From Candidatus Poribacteria bacterium (lineage in GTDB: Bacteria; Poribacteria; WGA-4E; WGA-3G), in assembly GCA_022825825.1 (NCBI GenBank), contig JAJDWA010000027.1, forward strand, positions 572 to 64,571: a DNA stretch of 64,000 bases, written 5' to 3'. The position numbers were made by a program, and so were the translations under genes. Of this stretch, positions 60,075 to 64,000 are shown piece by piece (within the stretch, counting starts at the first letter, position 1; each line of letters opens with the position of its first letter). Below the pieces are notes generated by a model. That model was not told the DNA's origin. It saw only the letters and a program-made list of their open reading frames with translations, and made no database searches.

Positions 60075-61073
60075 ATGTTATCACATAACAAGATTGCAGA
60101 GGCGGGCGGTTGGTGTTACCTCCTTACTATCCTCACAAGCATATTACTATTCGTTTCTTGTGTGCCCACGACTCTTAATTCGACAGGTTCGGCACCAGTT
60201 CCAGCGAACGATGGATATGCTGAGATAAAAGAGATTGCGGGAAAACTTTCAATAACCAGCGAACCGGTTACTGCAGAGATGTTAATTGAGAAATCAAGAG
60301 CTTTTATCAAAGCACACCCGAAATATAAACAGGTGGGTGAGGTCTACCATATCCTCGGAACTACTTTAGTTCAGTTTAATCGGACTGAAGAAGGCATTGA
60401 GGTTTTAGAAGAGCTTATTAGGTACTACCCGCTTGCTACTTCCGTTGAACCGTGTTTGTTAACATTGGGATTGGCTTACGACAAAGCCAACATGCATGAC
60501 AAAGCAGATGTAGTCTATGAAAAACTGGTAAATACGTCAAAGTACAGTAACGGAACGTATGCCAAAACCGCTCGGCAATTGTTACAAACGGATAAGACTG
60601 ATCGCAAAGGTGCGCTTGAAGGATTACCTGATGGATCCGGCAGAACTAATTTTGTTGGTCAAGCGGCTATGGATTTTCAGGTAACAGATCTGAATGGTGA
60701 ACCGTTATCGTTAGAAAAATTTAAAGGGCAGGTTGTGCTTCTTGATTTTTGGGCATCCTGGTGTGGCCCTTGCCTTGCAGAGATGCCAAACGTGAAGCGA
60801 ACATATCAAAAGTATAAAAATCAGAAGTTTCAGATTATCGGTATCAGTTTAGATAGCGGGAAAGCACCACTTAAGGATTATATTGAAAAAGAAGGAATTA
60901 TGTGGCCGCAATATTACGACAACAGCAGGCAGATTTCGAATATGTACCAGGTCCAATCCATTCCGTCAACTTTTCTGATTGATGGTGACGGAATTATCCG
61001 CAAAACGAACCTCCGCGGAAATGCCCTTGAGGTTGCCGTCGCTCAACTTGTGCAAGAGAATATGGCTCGATAA
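60075..61073 (+). CDS. Lipoprotein-like TPR-like domain plus TlpA/ResA-type thioredoxin (redoxin) domain protein.
   Basis: VLLDFWASWCGPCLAEMPNVKRTYQKYKNQKFQIIGISLD has a CxxC (WCGPC) active site. The N-terminal roughly 150 aa are helical-repeat. Confidence 0.75.
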   Translation: MLSHNKIAEAGGWCYLLTILTSILLFVSCVPTTLNSTGSAPVPANDGYAEIKEIAGKLSITSEPVTAEMLIEKSRAFIKAHPKYKQVGEVYHILGTTLVQFNRTEEGIEVLEELIRYYPLATSVEPCLLTLGLAYDKANMHDKADVVYEKLVNTSKYSNGTYAKTARQLLQTDKTDRKGALEGLPDGSGRTNFVGQAAMDFQVTDLNGEPLSLEKFKGQVVLLDFWASWCGPCLAEMPNVKRTYQKYKNQKFQIIGISLDSGKAPLKDYIEKEGIMWPQYYDNSRQISNMYQVQSIPSTFLIDGDGIIRKTNLRGNALEVAVAQLVQENMAR

Positions 61074-61152
61074 ATGACGAATTGGATGGACACAGTCGCT
61101 GTTCAACAATCAAAAGTACGTTCATGGTTTCTACAACCTAAGGAGGTATACG

Positions 61153-63483
61153 ATGTTTATCCGAAATCAAACAACGTTCGATCACAAACAAAATAGTAGT
61201 GTCTCTGTTTGCAACATTAGTATTCTTGCGATTGTTGTGCTGCTCGGTTTCTTTACTAATCTTGCCAGTGTTGATTCGGCGGAAACAGGTCCAACTGTTA
61301 GTCCAAAGGAAATAAGAGGCAAATATGATGAAATTAAGACGATTGCTAAGAAACTTACTAATCAAAATGCGCCGGAAGAATTAGAGAAGTTAGTTGAAAA
61401 GTCAACAGATTTTATTGCAGCGTTTCCAGAATACAAACGCATAGATGAGGTCTACTATCGCCTTGGCAACGCTTCAGTTCGGTTGGGCCGTGTTGAAGCA
61501 GGTATTAAAGTCTTTGAAAAATTAGACGAGAAACATCCAGAGGCGCGTTGGATTGCACCAAGTCTGTTAGAATTGGGTATGGCTTATGACAAACTCGGCA
61601 AACATGATAAAGCAAATGAAACCTATAACAAACTGATCAACCACCCAAAGTATGGTGATCGATCTTATGCGCAACGTGCCAAAGAGATTCTTGAACAGGA
61701 TATAGCCTCGCGAAAGGGTGAATTACCCAAATCTCCAGGAACAATCTCAAGTCCGAGTGAGTGGATCGGTAAACCTGCCCCAGATTTTCAGGTGAAGGAT
61801 TTGAGAGGTAAAGAACTCTCCTTGAAAAAATATAGAGGTCAAGTTGTGCTTGTTGACTTTTGGGCAACGTGGTGCGGGCCGTGTCTCAAGGAGTTACCAA
61901 ACGTTAAAAGAACTTACGAAAAGTACAAAGATCAGAAGTTTCAGATAATCGGAATTAGTCTTGACAGGTCAAAACAATCACTTGAGACGTTCATTGAAAG
62001 AAAAAATCTTGCATGGATTCACTATTGGGATCAAAGTCAAAAGATTACGTCTCAATATGGGGTACGGGGAATTCCATCAATCTTTCTGATTGACGGTGAA
62101 GGTATCATCCGTAAGACAAACCTCCATGGACATTCGCTTGAAACTGCCGTTGCTGAATTGGTAGGCGAGAATCTTACGAAACTTGCCGATACTTCCGCCA
62201 AAGCATCTGAATCCAATTCACAATCGAAGTCAATTCCCGCAACAAAACTTATTAAACCGAGCCCTACTCCTCAAAAAAGTGAATCGCTTGAGTCTCTCAA
62301 AGCAAGAGTGAATGAGTGGGTCGGTAAACCTGCCCCAGATTTTCAGGTGGTGGATTTGAAAGGTGAAGAACTTTCGTTGGAGAAATTCCGGGGACAGATT
62401 GTGCTTCTTGATTTCTGGGCAACATGGTGTGGTCCCTGTATAGCCGAGATGCCCAAAGTTAAGCAGACTTATGAAAAGTACAAAGATCAGAAGTTTCAGA
62501 TTATTGGCATTAGCTCAGACAGATCAAAACAACCGCTTGAAGCTTATATTGAGAAAGAGGGACTTGATTGGATTCACACTTGGGATGAAAATCGTGATCT
62601 GAGAAATCTATACGGGATAATAGGAATCCCAACAGCTTTTTTAATTGACGGTGAAGGTGTAATCCGAAAGGCGAGTCTCGGTGGTTTTGATGTTGAATCT
62701 GCCGTTGCCGAGTTGGTTAAGGAAAATCTTGCCAAACCTGCTAACCCCACTCCACCTGAAAAAACTCCTTCCGATCCTCCATCAGATAACCAAAAAGCAG
62801 ATGCTAAAGCAAAAGAGATTATTGACGCTGCTGTGGCTGCACACGGTGGACTTGAGAAACTGCAAGCAGTGAAAAATATTGTAATGGAATCTCGCAGCTT
62901 TGAACACTTTCCAGATGGTTCCATGCAGGATGAGGGACGGAATAAAACCTATTATTATGCTAACAAATTCCGCAACGATTGGCACAGAAGCAACAGTGTA
63001 GAAAGTATAATCTTTAGTAGCGATTCTCTGTTTCTGCTAACAGATGGAGTGGTCAAACCAATTTCAGAGAAGGCGGCTAAATCTTTTATTGATTACTTCA
63101 AAGATAGTATTTTTCGAGAACCGATTTGGCTTCTGACAAAACTCTCACAAAACGCTATACCCGTTGAATACGTGGGGACAGAGGATGTCAAAGGTATCCC
63201 CGCATCCGTTCTTCTCGTTATACAGCCTTCTGGCAAAAAACTCAAAATCTTCATTAGTAAGGAAACTCACTATGTGGTGCAGTTTAGTTATAGTCTTGAA
63301 ATAGTAAAGGAAAAGGAAAATGTGGTAGCATTATTAGACAACTATCGCGATGTAGATGGTATTAAAATTGCACACCATCGTACCACAAAATCCTTTGAAC
63401 ATCGGGAAACTTTAATCACAGATGTTAAATTTAATGCTGAAATTGATGAAGCACTGTTCAGTCCTAAAGAGTCGAATGAATAG
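61153..63483 (+). CDS. Paralogous protein with a TPR-like domain, two tandem TlpA-type thioredoxin domains, and a C-terminal roughly 250-aa unknown domain.
   Basis: Two WCGPC sites (VVLVDFWATWCGPCLKELPNVKRTYEKYKDQKFQIIGISLD and IVLLDFWATWCGPCIAEMPKVKQTYEKYKDQKFQIIGISSD). The N-terminal domain is about 40% identical to the 60075 protein. Confidence 0.75.
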   Translation: MFIRNQTTFDHKQNSSVSVCNISILAIVVLLGFFTNLASVDSAETGPTVSPKEIRGKYDEIKTIAKKLTNQNAPEELEKLVEKSTDFIAAFPEYKRIDEVYYRLGNASVRLGRVEAGIKVFEKLDEKHPEARWIAPSLLELGMAYDKLGKHDKANETYNKLINHPKYGDRSYAQRAKEILEQDIASRKGELPKSPGTISSPSEWIGKPAPDFQVKDLRGKELSLKKYRGQVVLVDFWATWCGPCLKELPNVKRTYEKYKDQKFQIIGISLDRSKQSLETFIERKNLAWIHYWDQSQKITSQYGVRGIPSIFLIDGEGIIRKTNLHGHSLETAVAELVGENLTKLADTSAKASESNSQSKSIPATKLIKPSPTPQKSESLESLKARVNEWVGKPAPDFQVVDLKGEELSLEKFRGQIVLLDFWATWCGPCIAEMPKVKQTYEKYKDQKFQIIGISSDRSKQPLEAYIEKEGLDWIHTWDENRDLRNLYGIIGIPTAFLIDGEGVIRKASLGGFDVESAVAELVKENLAKPANPTPPEKTPSDPPSDNQKADAKAKEIIDAAVAAHGGLEKLQAVKNIVMESRSFEHFPDGSMQDEGRNKTYYYANKFRNDWHRSNSVESIIFSSDSLFLLTDGVVKPISEKAAKSFIDYFKDSIFREPIWLLTKLSQNAIPVEYVGTEDVKGIPASVLLVIQPSGKKLKIFISKETHYVVQFSYSLEIVKEKENVVALLDNYRDVDGIKIAHHRTTKSFEHRETLITDVKFNAEIDEALFSPKESNE

Positions 63484-63567
63484 TCTCCAATTTTTGTAAT
63501 CCTGATTTTCTGATAGCGGGATCAGAAATTAACAGATGAAAACGGTATCTGATCAGAGGAGGAAAAT

Positions 63568-64000
63568 ATGGTTCGCATCAGTTTAATTGCAACGCTAATT
63601 ATCTGTGTAAGTATTTCCCTCAGCATTCCGACTGCACACGGGGAAGAAAAGGACGTTATAAGTGTGGAAATAGAGGGCATTGCAACGGCAACGATTCGAG
63701 GTGAAGTTGTTGAAGCATCACCTGAACAGATACCAATAGAAGATGTTAACGTTACAATTGTTAACACCAGTACAGGTGAAGAATATACTGTGACAACCGA
63801 CATAGACGGTGCGTACGTAAAGACAGGGATACCTGCAGGTCGCTATACGACTATTGTGGCTAAGAAAGGGTACGGTAACCGGATCGTAAAATCTGAGGTT
63901 GTTGCAGCTGGCGGTGAAATTTTTGGCCGGATTAGGATGATAAAAAATGAGACAATCACCACCTTTTTTCTCGATAATTTTTTCACATGGCAACTTCTCA
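63568..64000 (+). CDS. Secreted carboxypeptidase-regulatory-like domain protein, 3'-partial (runs off the window).
   Basis: ATG at 63568 with GAGGAGG upstream. Signal peptide MVRISLIATLIICVSISLSIPTAHG. ...NVTIVNTSTGEEYTVTTDIDGAYVKTGIPAGRYTTIVAKKGYG is a CarbopepD_reg pattern. No stop before 64000. Confidence 0.55.
   Translation, partial: MVRISLIATLIICVSISLSIPTAHGEEKDVISVEIEGIATATIRGEVVEASPEQIPIEDVNVTIVNTSTGEEYTVTTDIDGAYVKTGIPAGRYTTIVAKKGYGNRIVKSEVVAAGGEIFGRIRMIKNETITTFFLDNFFTWQLL

Noticed and set aside
1-64000. CRISPR arrays, rRNA genes, and ncRNAs such as tmRNA and RNase P.
   Set aside because: No regularly spaced short direct repeats with unique spacers were seen. The only tandem repeat is the in-frame 264-bp coding repeat. 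No 16S, 23S or 5S-like sequence was seen. Only one tRNA (Ala) was identified.

Overview
This is a 64-kb bacterial chromosomal window at roughly 45% GC. Two proteins carry type-IX-secretion (T9SS) C-terminal sorting domains, and there are DUF1573 and CarbopepD_reg proteins and a futalosine-pathway MqnA/D gene, so I infer a bacterium from or near the FCB superphylum.

The housekeeping backbone is intact and recognisable:
- cydBA (cytochrome bd oxidase)
- the conserved ffh-rpsP-KH-trmD-rplS-rnhB-yraN operon
- kdsB-pyrG
- acpS-folP-ftsH
- tsaB
- tRNA-Ala(GGC)

Accessory islands sit between these and are rich in secreted or repeat proteins:
- a WD40 protein
- an M6 protease
- LamG
- DUF1080-like paralogs
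- CarbopepD_reg proteins
- tandem thioredoxins
- four phytanoyl-CoA-dioxygenase (PhyH) paralogs
- a giant flotillin with perfect 264-bp tandem repeats, encoded next to a beta-gamma-crystallin/ThuA fusion
- a HEAT-repeat-fused DNA methyltransferase followed by a split PD-(D/E)xK nuclease (candidate R-M system)
- decayed IS transposase fragments
- at least three families of interspersed MITE/REP-like palindromic repeats scattered through the intergenic regions

No CRISPR array and no rRNA genes were seen. All functional calls come from reading motifs by eye in the supplied translations; no database search was possible.
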